NCBI RefSeq assembly: GCF_000374525.1
Contig: NZ_KB894577.1
Coordinates: forward strand, 154,126 to 186,125
Source of the DNA: Amorphus coralli DSM 19760
GTDB taxonomy: Bacteria; Pseudomonadota; Alphaproteobacteria; Rhizobiales; Amorphaceae
Reading direction: 5' to 3'
DNA length: 32,000 bases
Of the stretch, positions 9,701 through 16,991 are shown in pieces. The notes below the pieces were generated by a model. It searched no databases and was not told the DNA's origin. It was given only the letters and a program-made list of their open reading frames with translations. The translations under genes were made by a program, and so were the position numbers. How positions within the stretch are numbered: position 1 is the stretch's first letter; each line of letters begins with the position of its first letter.

Positions 9701-10608
9701 GCGACCCCCCACGTCGCCCCGCTCGTCTCCCGGGTGGCGTCCTCAACCTTCGGCTCGATGCGGCACTCCGCGGCCCTCAAATCGTCGCCGAACCACGCGA
9801 CCACCAGCGCCACCCGTTCCAGCCGCGGGCACAGGGCCTGCAGCTCGTCGAGGGAGGCTTCCAGGTCGGTCCCCGCCGTTGCGAGGTGCCGGTTGTCGCT
9901 GACGCTGCGCCCCGGGCCGAGCTCCCGGCGCACCTCTTCGGGGTGGTAGCCGAACTCCGTGGCGCCCGGGATCAGCGTCACCGCCCTCACCATCCCCTCC
10001 AGCCGGTCCACCGGCCGGATCACCTCAAAGGAGAGCTGCGGGATGCGGTTGCCGAACTCCGCGATCGGCATCCGCTCGAACACCACGTAGACGAGCCCGC
10101 GATAGCCCGGCGCGGTGCCCTGCCGGGCCTCGATCAGCGGGTCCGGCGTCTGGTCCTCCGCGCCGAGATGGATCCGGTGCATCACCGCCTCCCGGTCGAG
10201 CAGCTTGCCGTCGGCCCAGATCCGGCCGATCCGCGCCACGGGCCCCTCGCAGATCGCCACCGCGAAGTTGGCAAAATAGACATAGGAGGAGCTCTGCGGC
10301 TGCGGCGCGCCCTTGCCGCCCGACGCCTCCTCCACCACCACCGTCTCCTCGTAGCGGGTCGCCCAGATGATGCTGCCGGCAAGCCGCATCCGGCCATAGA
10401 CCCGGGCGATGGCGGTCCCCTCGGTGGCGGCCTGCACCCCGATATCGTCGAGCTTGCCGGTCGGGCCGGATCCGCTGCGCGACCCGAACAGCCGGTCGTC
10501 GATGGCTGCCCCGGCAATCGCGCCGGCCGCCCGGCCGACGACGGCGCCGACGGGGCCGAGCAGGCCACCAGCGGCCGCGCCCGCGGTGGAAAGAACCAGC
10601 GTTCCCAT
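6715..10608 (-). CDS. g15: GTA host-specificity / 'megatron' protein (RcGTA g15-like)
   Basis: About 1297 aa and the last gene of the cluster. N-terminal Gly/Ala-rich segment MGTLVLSTAGAAAGGLLGPVGAVVGRAAG followed by a large phage-tail/glycoside-hydrolase-like body. The start shares 1 nt with the g14 stop. Confidence 0.9.
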   Translation of the reverse strand: MGTLVLSTAGAAAGGLLGPVGAVVGRAAGAIAGAAIDDRLFGSRSGSGPTGKLDDIGVQAATEGTAIARVYGRMRLAGSIIWATRYEETVVVEEASGGKGAPQPQSSSYVYFANFAVAICEGPVARIGRIWADGKLLDREAVMHRIHLGAEDQTPDPLIEARQGTAPGYRGLVYVVFERMPIAEFGNRIPQLSFEVIRPVDRLEGMVRAVTLIPGATEFGYHPEEVRRELGPGRSVSDNRHLATAGTDLEASLDELQALCPRLERVALVVAWFGDDLRAAECRIEPKVEDATRETSGATWGVAGLERGEARLTSQVDGRPAYGGTPSDASVMAAIQHIRARGLKVVFYPFVLMDIPAGNGLPDPYGGAEQAPHPWRGRISVFPAPGQPGSPDKTGAATGQVATILGSAQAADFAEVDGSIAYSGPDEWSLRRMILHYAHLCEAAGGVDAFLIGSELRGLTWTRSAPSSYPFVDGLCTLADDVRGVLRAETKISYAADWSEFFGHQPADGTGDVHFHLDPLWARPSVDFVGIDLYWPLSDWRDGEHLDADIATGPADLAYLSANVAGGEGYDWFYASEADRTAQVRTPITDGAHGKPWVFRYKDLAGWWSNVHVNRPGGAEAGGPTGWTPAMKPVWFTEAGCPAIDRGANQPNVFYDPKSSESFFPHFSSGGRDDAVQRRYLEALIGAFDAAFGSDGAVNPSHPGEGWRMVTADGIHAWTWDARPFPAFPQREDAWSDGPNWQRGHWLNGRFGGTSLAALVRALFADWGLPEPEIIGLDTVIDGISIERPSDLRAVLAPLGEAFGYIGIDAGTHVRFADRAARLAAEIGEADLVDEPGGEGVLSSVVREEASELPIELRLGYRDTLKDFGASAASSRRLVGASRQVVDMSLPAALWDGLAGQAAERRLHARWAERTRASFALPPSRIALEPGDVVALTSRAGRQILTLEEIEDGAHRRMEARSQAENVYRPAAAIGVGRTPAAAASFGPAEVVFLDLPRLVEGDDHRPYVAAFAAPWPGSETVWRSVTGEAYEPVASITGPAILGRLVEAVAVGPLGRWDRANAILLELAGGRLEGRADLDVLAGANALAVEAAGGDWEIVQFAHAELVGERRYRLSRLLRGQLGTEDVMVAGHPAGSRVVLLSEAVTRLPLDRSAVGLKRIYRIGPPQGGIAGTAVVQTNHAASARGLLPLSPVHARGRRRADGALVLTWIRRTRIGGDDWMGEDVPLGETAERYRLEILDGGEVVRTVETVMPSYAYTAAEQVADFGSVPGSVDVRIAQLASGIGADVPLQATLTA

Positions 10609-11041
10609 CAGTCCGACACTCCCGGAAAGCCGAAGACGAAGGCACGGCGCCGCGCCCACCAGGGCGACAGCTCGGTGGCGACGACGCCGCCGGCCGCGTC
10701 GTAGGCGTGTAGAAAGCGGCCCGGAGCGATCAGGATACCGGCGTGCTTGGCCGGCAGGTCGCGCCGCCAGCGAAACAGCAGCACGTCGCCGATGCCCGGC
10801 TCGCCAGGCACCGGCACGAGATGCCGGAAGCCGGCCTCCGCCAGCGTCTCCGTGCCGCCGGCCTCCGCCCAGTCCGCCGTGTAGATCGGACAGGGCTCCG
10901 GCTCCGGCCCGATCGTCTCGCGCCAGACCCCGCGCACCAGCCCCAGGCAGTCGCAGCCGATGCCCCGCAGCGATGCCTGGTGGCGTAGGGCGTGCCCCGC
11001 CAGGCGGTCGCCGCCGCCACGATCTCCGCCCGCGCGACCAT
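10608..11041 (-). pseudogene. g14: NlpC/P60 cell-wall peptidase (RcGTA g14-like) with an apparent 1-nt frameshift near 10984
   Basis: Conserved N-terminus MVARAEIVAAATAWRGTPY is in the frame starting at 11041 (TGATG coupling to g13). The rest (RHQASLRGIGCDCLGLVRGVWRE..., catalytic Cys) is in the -1 frame (ORF 10608..11063). Confidence 0.7.
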
Positions 11042-11922
11042 CAGGCGAGCAGCCCGCCGTCATTGGCGCCGCTGGCCGACGCGGCCGCGAGCGCCGCGTC
11101 GTTGCCGGGCATGTGCGGAAAGCCGCGAAAGTTTACCGCGTTGGCGAAGCGGTCGGCGCAGGTCGAAAACCGCTTGTCGCATCCGGCCGTCAGCACGACC
11201 TGGTCACCCGGCGCCATCACGGCCGGCATCGGCTGCCAGAGATCGATGGTCCAGGTCCGGTTGGAGTGCGCCTTGATCTCCGAAGCGCGCCCGGCATTTG
11301 CGCCGCTGGTGACCGCAAGCCGCCCGTGTGCGAACCAGCCGTCGGCGTAGCCGGAAAGCCCGCTCACCGACAGGCTGGCGCGTCCGTGAACGCCCGTCAC
11401 CTCCGCCTCCAGCCGGTAGGCCGAATCGCCGAGATCGATGCCGCAGCGCGCGTCGCCCAGGTCGGCATCGCAGCGCGGCTGGTAGAGCCGCCCCGTTACC
11501 AATTCGAGATCGATGGTCGGCCCGCGCACCTCTGCCCGGAACGCCCCGTCGGCCCGCGTCACCTCGCCGAGCGTGCCGCGCCGCAGCAGCACCCGTTGCT
11601 CCGGGCCCGCCCAGTTGACCAGCCACAGCTCCACGGTCGCACCGTCATAGGCGCCGCCTTCCAGCTCCGCCGCGGCCAGCCGCTCGTCGGTGAGCGCCCC
11701 CTCGATCTCGAAACCGCCCACGGCGAGCCCGCTCGCCGCCACGTCCGAGGTCGCTGCCAGCCCGCCCTCCGCCGAATGCGTCACCCCGTCGAAGACGATG
11801 TTCCGGTCGTGGTCGGTGAAGCCGAACACCGCCCCGTCGGCGCGGGTCAGCCGCCAGCAGCGGCAGAGCGTGGTGGTGCCGCCGGCCAGGTGCGCGGCGA
11901 GATCTTCGGGAAGCGTCTTCAC
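11041..11922 (-). CDS. g13: GTA baseplate hub protein (RcGTA g13-like, DUF2163 + BR0599 domains)
   Basis: GTG start overlaps the g12 stop (GTGA). Motifs TTLCRCWRLTRADG..FGFTDHD and C-terminal CDKRFSTCADRFANAVNFRGFPHMPG. Confidence 0.85.
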   Translation of the reverse strand: MKTLPEDLAAHLAGGTTTLCRCWRLTRADGAVFGFTDHDRNIVFDGVTHSAEGGLAATSDVAASGLAVGGFEIEGALTDERLAAAELEGGAYDGATVELWLVNWAGPEQRVLLRRGTLGEVTRADGAFRAEVRGPTIDLELVTGRLYQPRCDADLGDARCGIDLGDSAYRLEAEVTGVHGRASLSVSGLSGYADGWFAHGRLAVTSGANAGRASEIKAHSNRTWTIDLWQPMPAVMAPGDQVVLTAGCDKRFSTCADRFANAVNFRGFPHMPGNDAALAAASASGANDGGLLA

Positions 11923-12563
11923 AGCCGGATCTCCACGATGGGAATGGACGGCAGCACACCGGCAGAGAAGGCCGTCAGCGAGATCTCCAGCCGGTCGGTG
12001 TCGAAGCGCACCGGCACGTCGAACAGGAAGCCCGCTGTCACCGCCGCCCCGTTCGCCGGCACCGCACCGGGCTGGAAGGTCACGACACCGGTGGCCGCAT
12101 CGACGGTGAAGTCGGCACCGGCCGTCTGCTCCACGCCGGCCACCGCCACACGCACCGTCTCCGCCACCGGCTTGTCGATGCGCCGCACCCAGGGCGCATG
12201 CGCGCTGCCATAGGTCTTGCTGAGCTGGAAGATCGCCGTCGCCCCGTCCCCGGTGCCGATCGCCTGGTCGGTGGACGTCGGCGTCGCAGAGGGCGCTCCG
12301 GACCGGTGGTCGACCGGATCGCGGTAGCGAAAGCCGCTCAGCCGGCCGCGCCGCTCCTCGAAGAAGCTCGCCACCGTGTGCAGATCGTCGATGGAGCGCA
12401 CTCCGGACCCGGCGTCGTAGCGCCGGCGGGAGTCCGCCCAGCGGGCGTTGCGCTCCTCGTGGCCGGATCCGAGCAGCACGATCTCCGTGCGTCGCTCCGG
12501 CCCGCCCGTCGCCCCGAACGCCACGGCAAGCGGAAACAGGATTTCGTGGAAGGCGGTGGTCAT
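11919..12563 (-). CDS. g12: GTA distal tail protein (RcGTA g12-like, DUF2460/TIGR02217)
   Basis: 214 aa. N-terminus MTTAFHEILFPLAVAFGATGGPERRTEIV is typical of this family. AAAGGA SD. Confidence 0.85.
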   Translation of the reverse strand: MTTAFHEILFPLAVAFGATGGPERRTEIVLLGSGHEERNARWADSRRRYDAGSGVRSIDDLHTVASFFEERRGRLSGFRYRDPVDHRSGAPSATPTSTDQAIGTGDGATAIFQLSKTYGSAHAPWVRRIDKPVAETVRVAVAGVEQTAGADFTVDAATGVVTFQPGAVPANGAAVTAGFLFDVPVRFDTDRLEISLTAFSAGVLPSIPIVEIRL

Positions 12564-12580
12564 TGGCTTTGATCCTTTCT

Positions 12581-12722
12581 CCCCTCACGCGGAGTTCGCT
12601 CCGCTCACTCGCTCCGGGTGGGCGGCCTCCGGCCGGCGCACGGTCGCGCGCTGGCGGGCGCAGTCCGGGAAGGCCGTGCCTTTTTCTCCGCTCACCCCCG
12701 CGAAGGCGGGGGTCCAGGGCGG
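12581..12722. repeat. mosaic repeat block (family C module + one family A hairpin unit) between g11 and g12
   Basis: CCCCTCACGCGGAGTTCGCTCCGCTCAC...CGGCGCACGGTCGCGCGCTGG recurs at 14555, 16992, 21322 and 23655. The family A unit lies at 12688-12720. Confidence 0.85.
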
Positions 12723-12747
12723 AAGATTGCTGCCTGTGTGTCACCCC

Positions 12748-13335
12748 TCAGCTTCCGCGCCGGCCGCGACCGACGGCGCGCGCCAGCATTGCCGTCACCT
12801 GCGCCTCCGACCGCCGGAAGCTCTCCGCATCCGGCGTCGTCACCGTCATCGTCACGTGCACCGGCGCCCCGCCGGACGCCGACACCCCGAGCCGTCCGTC
12901 CGGCCCGCGACTGAGCGGCAGGATCGCCTCGGGGCCGGCTTCGCCGGCGAGGCCGGTCCGACCCCCGCCGAGCGGAAATGTCGCCGGCGCGCCGATCACC
13001 CCGCCCTCGGCAAACGGCAGGAGATTGCCGGCGGTCTTCACCGCCCCTGCCGCCGCCGCTCCCAGGATCGAACCGCCCAGCCCGCTGCCGCCGATGAGCG
13101 CCTCGCCCAGCGGCTTCAGCGCCGCCTTCAGCACCGAGGCGGAGATGCTCCGCGCCGCCGACGCCAGCACCCGGTCGAGCCGCCGCCCCTCCACCACCGC
13201 CGATTTCAGACCGCTGACCACGGTGGCGGAAAAGCGTTCCGCCGCCCGCTCCAGCTCGGCCGAGGTGCGCGCCACGGAGGTCTCCAGCGCGTCGGGATCG
13301 AAGCCCGCGCCGGTGTCGTTCGGATCGTCCGCCAT
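12748..13335 (-). CDS. g11: GTA tape-measure protein (RcGTA g11-like)
   Basis: 195 aa, GGAGG SD. Gly/Ala-rich middle and ...GEAGPEAILPL... motif, in the position upstream of g12. Confidence 0.8.
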   Translation of the reverse strand: MADDPNDTGAGFDPDALETSVARTSAELERAAERFSATVVSGLKSAVVEGRRLDRVLASAARSISASVLKAALKPLGEALIGGSGLGGSILGAAAAGAVKTAGNLLPFAEGGVIGAPATFPLGGGRTGLAGEAGPEAILPLSRGPDGRLGVSASGGAPVHVTMTVTTPDAESFRRSEAQVTAMLARAVGRGRRGS

Positions 13336-13345
13336 GAGACCTCCG

Positions 13346-13510
13346 TCAGGATGAATCGTGTTGATCGATGAGTGCCCGCAGTCCGGCCGCCGCGCCCGTC
13401 CCGGGCGGCTCCAGCGCGGCGCGGAGTTCCGGCAGGCTCATGGCCCAGAAGGACGCGGGCGACAGCCGCATCTGCCCCAGCCCGAACCGCATCGCCTCGG
13501 TCCAGGGGAA
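13346..13510 (-). CDS. g10.1: GTA g10.1-like small tail-assembly protein; conserved part only, no canonical start upstream
   Basis: FPWTEAMRFGLGQMRLSPASFWAMSLPELRAAL matches the conserved small protein between g10 and g11. Immediately upstream the frame runs into family B repeats, with no ATG/GTG/TTG before FPW; the first ATG is internal at 13492. Confidence 0.5.
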   Translation of the reverse strand, partial: FPWTEAMRFGLGQMRLSPASFWAMSLPELRAALEPPGTGAAAGLRALIDQHDSS

Positions 13511-13517
13511 GGCCCGA

Positions 13518-13615
13518 GCGCTTCCAGGCGAAGTGGAAACCGGTTCGCCGTCCGGAAGCGCGGCTAAACAAGCGCTTCCAGGAAAAGTGGGCACCGGTTT
13601 TCCGTCCGGAAGCGC
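13518..13615. repeat. two tandem family B double-stem hairpins (13518-13561, 13572-13615; 54-nt period)
   Basis: GCGCTTCC-A-GGCGAA-GTGGAAACCGG-TTCGCC-GTCC-GGAAGCGC and GCGCTTCC-A-GGAAAA-GTGGGCACCGG-TTTTCC-GTCC-GGAAGCGC. Confidence 0.9.
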
Positions 13616-13662
13616 GCAGGAAGATTCTGCCGCCTCGCCGTCTTTGCGAAGGCCAGGCGGCT

Positions 13663-14007
13663 CTAGAGAGGGTTTTCGCCCGCTTCCTCCTCCCCCGCCC
13701 CGAAGGTCGCGGTCAGGAGATCGGTCACGATCGCGGCGAACCCCGCCGCCCCTCCGGGCGTGGTCATCGCCGCCACCTCGTCGTCGGACACCGGGTTGCC
13801 GGCGCCCCGGAGGCCCGCTCCGATCACCCGCACGGCGTCGCCGGCCTTGAGCCGGCCGGAACCGAAGCGTTCCGCCAGCGCCACCAGGTCGTCGGCCTGG
13901 AAGGCCGTTTCCAGCTCCGCCAGCGCCCCCAGCGTCAGGCACAGGGTGAAGCGGCGCCCGTCGAAGACGGCGGCGACCTCGCCGCGATGCCGGTTCGCCA
14001 TGGTCAT
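13663..14007 (-). CDS. g10: GTA tail assembly chaperone (RcGTA g10-like)
   Basis: 114 aa, ATGA overlap with g9. The motif GEVAAVFDGRRFTLCLTLGALAELE is typical of the GTA family protein. Confidence 0.8.
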   Translation of the reverse strand: MTMANRHRGEVAAVFDGRRFTLCLTLGALAELETAFQADDLVALAERFGSGRLKAGDAVRVIGAGLRGAGNPVSDDEVAAMTTPGGAAGFAAIVTDLLTATFGAGEEEAGENPL

Positions 14008-14417
14008 GCCGCCGCAAACGTCAGTTCGCCGGCCGATTCCAGCGAGATCTCGTAGTTCACCTCGCCATCATGATTGCCGGCATAGTCGAGACCGGTCAGC
14101 TGGAACGGCCCGGACACGGTACCGAAGTCCGGGATCACCACCTGCCAGCTCCGGATCGCGCCGGCGAAGAAGATGGTGCGCGCCGCGGCATCCGAGGCGC
14201 CGTCCTTGAAGATGCCCGAGCCCGACAGGCTGGCGCGCCGCACACCGGCCCCGTCCAGGAGTTCCCGCCAGCGCCCGGCCGACTCCGTGTCGGTCACGTC
14301 GACCGCATCGGCGTTGAACGACAGCCGCCGCGCCCTCAGCCCGGCCACCGTTACGAACGACCCCGCCCCGCTCTGGTCGAGCCGGAGCACGAGGTCCCTG
14401 CCCCGCTGTGCGCCCAT
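14004..14417 (-). CDS. g9: GTA major tail (tube) protein (RcGTA g9-like, TP901-1 family)
   Basis: ATG 14417 is preceded by AGGGAGG. 137 aa with the motif GSGIFKDGASD...FQLTGLDYAGNHDGEVNYEISLESAG. Confidence 0.85.
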   Translation of the reverse strand: MGAQRGRDLVLRLDQSGAGSFVTVAGLRARRLSFNADAVDVTDTESAGRWRELLDGAGVRRASLSGSGIFKDGASDAAARTIFFAGAIRSWQVVIPDFGTVSGPFQLTGLDYAGNHDGEVNYEISLESAGELTFAAA

Positions 14418-14443
14418 GCGCGCCTCCCTTGTCTGGTGGAAGA

Positions 14444-15116
14444 GCAAAGCCAGGCGAAGTGGGAACCGGTTCGCCGTCCGGCTTTGCGGAGTGAAAGAGC
14501 AATCCCAGGAAAAGTGGGAACCGGTTTTCCGTCCGGGATTGCGTGGAAAAGATGCCCCTCACGCCGAGTACGCTTTGCGCACCGGCTCCGCGTTTTTCCC
14601 GCTCACGCCGAACTCGCTTCGCGCGCCGGCTCCGCGAGGGCGTGGGTGTTTCTTTCCGCTCACGCGAGTTCGCTGCGCTCACCGCTGCGCGGGCGCGGCC
14701 TCCGGCCGGCGCGCGGTCGCGCGCTGGTGGGAGTTGTCCGGCAAGGCTGAACTTGTTGAGGGAGCGCGCGCCCCAAACTCCGCTCATCCCCGCGAAAGCG
14801 GGGATCCATAGGGCCTGTCAGCCGACACCCAGCGGAATGATGGATGTCTCAGACCCAGCCCAGAACTCCGCTCATTCCGGCGGAGGCCGGAATCCAGTTG
14901 CGGAGGAACTCCAGGCTGACTCGGCAAGAGGATGGGCGCAGCCACCGGCAGCGGGCCTCATCCCACCGCGCCGTGCGGGGCAAACTCGGCCCCTGGGTTC
15001 AGGCATTCGCCGGAACGAGCGGCTGGGGAAGGACCGTCGGGCATCTGAGCCCGCAGTCACAATCAAGCACCCAGCCAGCTTCTCCGCCGATCCCGACGAA
15101 AGCCGGGATCAGCCCG
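14444..15116. repeat. repeat block: two family B hairpins (14444-14487, 14499-14542), composite mosaic copy I (14555-15022), one degenerate A unit (about 15070-15116)
   Basis: Direct comparison with the blocks at 16992, 21322 and 24100 shows the same module order. Confidence 0.9.
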
Positions 15117-15119
15117 CCC

Positions 15120-15548
15120 CTACTTCGCGTAGTTGTAGATCGCGCAGGGATCCGCATCCGGCGTCGGCTTGGCGTCGCCGGTGTAGACGATCAGGCTCAT
15201 CCCGTCGTCGAACGGTGCGAGCACCAGATAGGTCGGCTTGTTGCCCGGCAGTCCGCAGAACTTGTTGCCGTTCAGGAGCGTCAGATCCTTCGGCGGGTCG
15301 ATGCGGAAGATCGAGCCCTCGACGGCGGCCTGCTGGTCGCCCCACTTGCCCTTTTCCGATCCGTCGGCGGCGATGGCCAGCGTGCTGCCGTCCTCGAAGG
15401 TGATGGAGTCTTCCGCCACCTCGATGCTGCCGGTGATGGAGGTCGCCGTGTTGCTCAGCGGCTCCCAGGTGCCGTCGAGACCGGCGGCCATCGCCCCCTG
15501 CGTCAGCCCGAAGGCCAGAACGGCTGCCGTCAGCATCGTCGTCTTCAT
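15120..15548 (-). CDS. secreted hypothetical protein inserted between g8 and g9
   Basis: ATG 15548 with GGAG upstream. Signal peptide MKTTMLTAAVLAFGLTQGAMA; strong GC3 bias; no GTA homologue recalled. Confidence 0.75.
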   Translation of the reverse strand: MKTTMLTAAVLAFGLTQGAMAAGLDGTWEPLSNTATSITGSIEVAEDSITFEDGSTLAIAADGSEKGKWGDQQAAVEGSIFRIDPPKDLTLLNGNKFCGLPGNKPTYLVLAPFDDGMSLIVYTGDAKPTPDADPCAIYNYAK

Positions 15549-15644
15549 AGTCTCGCTCCCCGCGGTTCCAGGCTCATCGATCCGAACGACACGATAAAGC
15601 CTGCAGGCCACAGCGTCACGACAGCTTTGTTGCGGGCTCGCCCC

Positions 15645-16052
15645 CTACTGTGTCGGCTCTGTAACCGCCCTCAGCCGGATGACGGCCACCACCGAGCGCC
15701 GGTCCGGTGCCTCGCGGAAAGCCCGATCGACGAGGGTGAGCGACACCAGCCGGTGCCCGTCGAGCGGCAGGGCCGTGCCCACCAGCACCGCCTCGATCCG
15801 GTCGGCGATTCCCGCCGCCTCCGAGCGCCCGTGCGCGGTGGAGTGGATGTCCAGCGCGATCCGATGTTCCCGGAGCGGTGGCAGGTCGCCGTCGAGCCGC
15901 CGGTCGCTCGCCGGCCCGAACGTCACGAACGGATGCGCCGCACCGCGCGGCGCCCGGTCGTGCACCCGAGCGCCCCCAAGCAGCGCCACCAGGTCGTCGT
16001 CTCCCGCAAGGGCGGCATGAACGGCCGCCTGCAGCGCCAGGCCCGCGTCCAT
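15645..16052 (-). CDS. g8: GTA tail terminator (RcGTA g8-like, DUF3168)
   Basis: 135 aa. The start shares 1 nt with the g7 stop. DUF3168-like N-terminus MDAGLALQAAVHAALAGDDDLVALLGGARVHDRAP...HPFVTFG. Confidence 0.8.
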   Translation of the reverse strand: MDAGLALQAAVHAALAGDDDLVALLGGARVHDRAPRGAAHPFVTFGPASDRRLDGDLPPLREHRIALDIHSTAHGRSEAAGIADRIEAVLVGTALPLDGHRLVSLTLVDRAFREAPDRRSVVAVIRLRAVTEPTQ

Positions 16053-16381
16053 CACCGTCCCTCCTCTTGGGCTTCCAGAACGAGATAGTGGTCGCCGCGC
16101 CCCTCCGGACGCGTCGCCAGGATCGTCAGGATCCGCGACCCCAGGACGATCCGCTGGCCGCCGGCGATCTCCGGATGCGCGCGGACCGTAATCCGGTGGG
16201 TGGCGATGCCGTCGAGACGGCCGGAGCGGTCGCGTTCGGCCGCGGCTAGGCTCTCCACCCGGCCCCAGACTGAGGCGACCGGCCGCCATGTCACCGTCGC
16301 GCCGCCGGCCCCGTCGGCCGTGCGCACCGGTGCCTCGATGGCAAGCCGCCGGTCGAGCGCACCGATCGCGGGCGCCTTCAT
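16052..16381 (-). CDS. g7: GTA head-closure / stopper protein (RcGTA g7-like, Phage_H_T_join)
   Basis: 109 aa, ATGA overlap with g6. The motif TVTWRPVASVWGRVESL...HRITVR is typical of the HK97 gp10-like family. Confidence 0.85.
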   Translation of the reverse strand: MKAPAIGALDRRLAIEAPVRTADGAGGATVTWRPVASVWGRVESLAAAERDRSGRLDGIATHRITVRAHPEIAGGQRIVLGSRILTILATRPEGRGDHYLVLEAQEEGR

Positions 16382-16941
16382 GCCACCCTCGTCAGGCGAT
16401 AGGGCCGCACCAGGCTGTCGACGCCCAGCGTGAGCGGTTCCGGCACCGGCGCCAGCGCCGCCTCGCGGTGGGCGTACCAGTGGGCAACGAGCAACAGGAT
16501 CGCCTGCCTGAGCGGCGCCGGAACGTGCGCCGGTTCGGTGCCGTAGCCAGCGGTGATGTCGATCTCGACCTGGCAGCCGGCGACAGAGCGCCTGGCCTCG
16601 GGCAGGACCCGGATCCGCGTCGTCGGCAGGTCCACCACGTAATCGGCTGGCGCCAGCACCCGCGCCGTTCCGTCGAGGTCGCGCAGCGTCACCGCGTCGA
16701 CGGACAGAACCGGTGCGGGCTCCAGCCGCACGATGCCGGCCGGGCGAAGGTCGTCGCGGATAATCCGCCAGCCCTGCTCCAGGAGTGCCCGGCCGGTAGC
16801 CGCCTCCACGTGGCGGCGCGCCGCTGCGATCAGGTCGAGGATGGCGGCGTCTTCGTCGGCACCGTCGACGCGCAGATGCCGCTTGGCGGCGGCCAGCGTC
16901 ACCGGCTCCACCGCCGGTGGATCGGTCAGGATGGCTGTCAT
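16378..16941 (-). CDS. g6: GTA head-tail adaptor (RcGTA g6-like, gp6 connector family)
   Basis: 187 aa. EPVTLAAAKRHLRVDGADEDAAILDLIAAARRHVEAATGRALL is the gp6-like connector signature. Confidence 0.85.
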   Translation of the reverse strand: MTAILTDPPAVEPVTLAAAKRHLRVDGADEDAAILDLIAAARRHVEAATGRALLEQGWRIIRDDLRPAGIVRLEPAPVLSVDAVTLRDLDGTARVLAPADYVVDLPTTRIRVLPEARRSVAGCQVEIDITAGYGTEPAHVPAPLRQAILLLVAHWYAHREAALAPVPEPLTLGVDSLVRPYRLTRVA

Positions 16942-16950
16942 GATCGCTCC

Positions 16951-16985
16951 AGAAAAGAAAGGCCCGGCTTCGGGTGAAGCCGGGC
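16951..16985 (-). terminator. rho-independent terminator (minus strand) immediately upstream of the g6 SD
   Basis: On the minus strand: GCCCGGCTTC-ACCC-GAAGCCGGGC (perfect 10-bp stem) followed by CTTTCTTTTCT. Confidence 0.6.
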
Positions 16986-16991
16986 ATTTAT

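Noticed and set aside
7024-10704. Long plus-strand ORFs (7024..8928, 8974..10704 and many nested ones) antisense to g15
   Set aside because: They are Arg/Pro/Gly-rich, low-complexity translations typical of stop-poor antisense frames in high-GC DNA, and they lie opposite a confidently identified 1297-aa gene.
10975-10995. Programmed -1 ribosomal frameshift in g14
   Set aside because: There is no X-XXY-YYZ slippery heptamer at the frame junction (sequence GCCCTACGCCACC), so a simple 1-nt deletion or sequencing error is more parsimonious.
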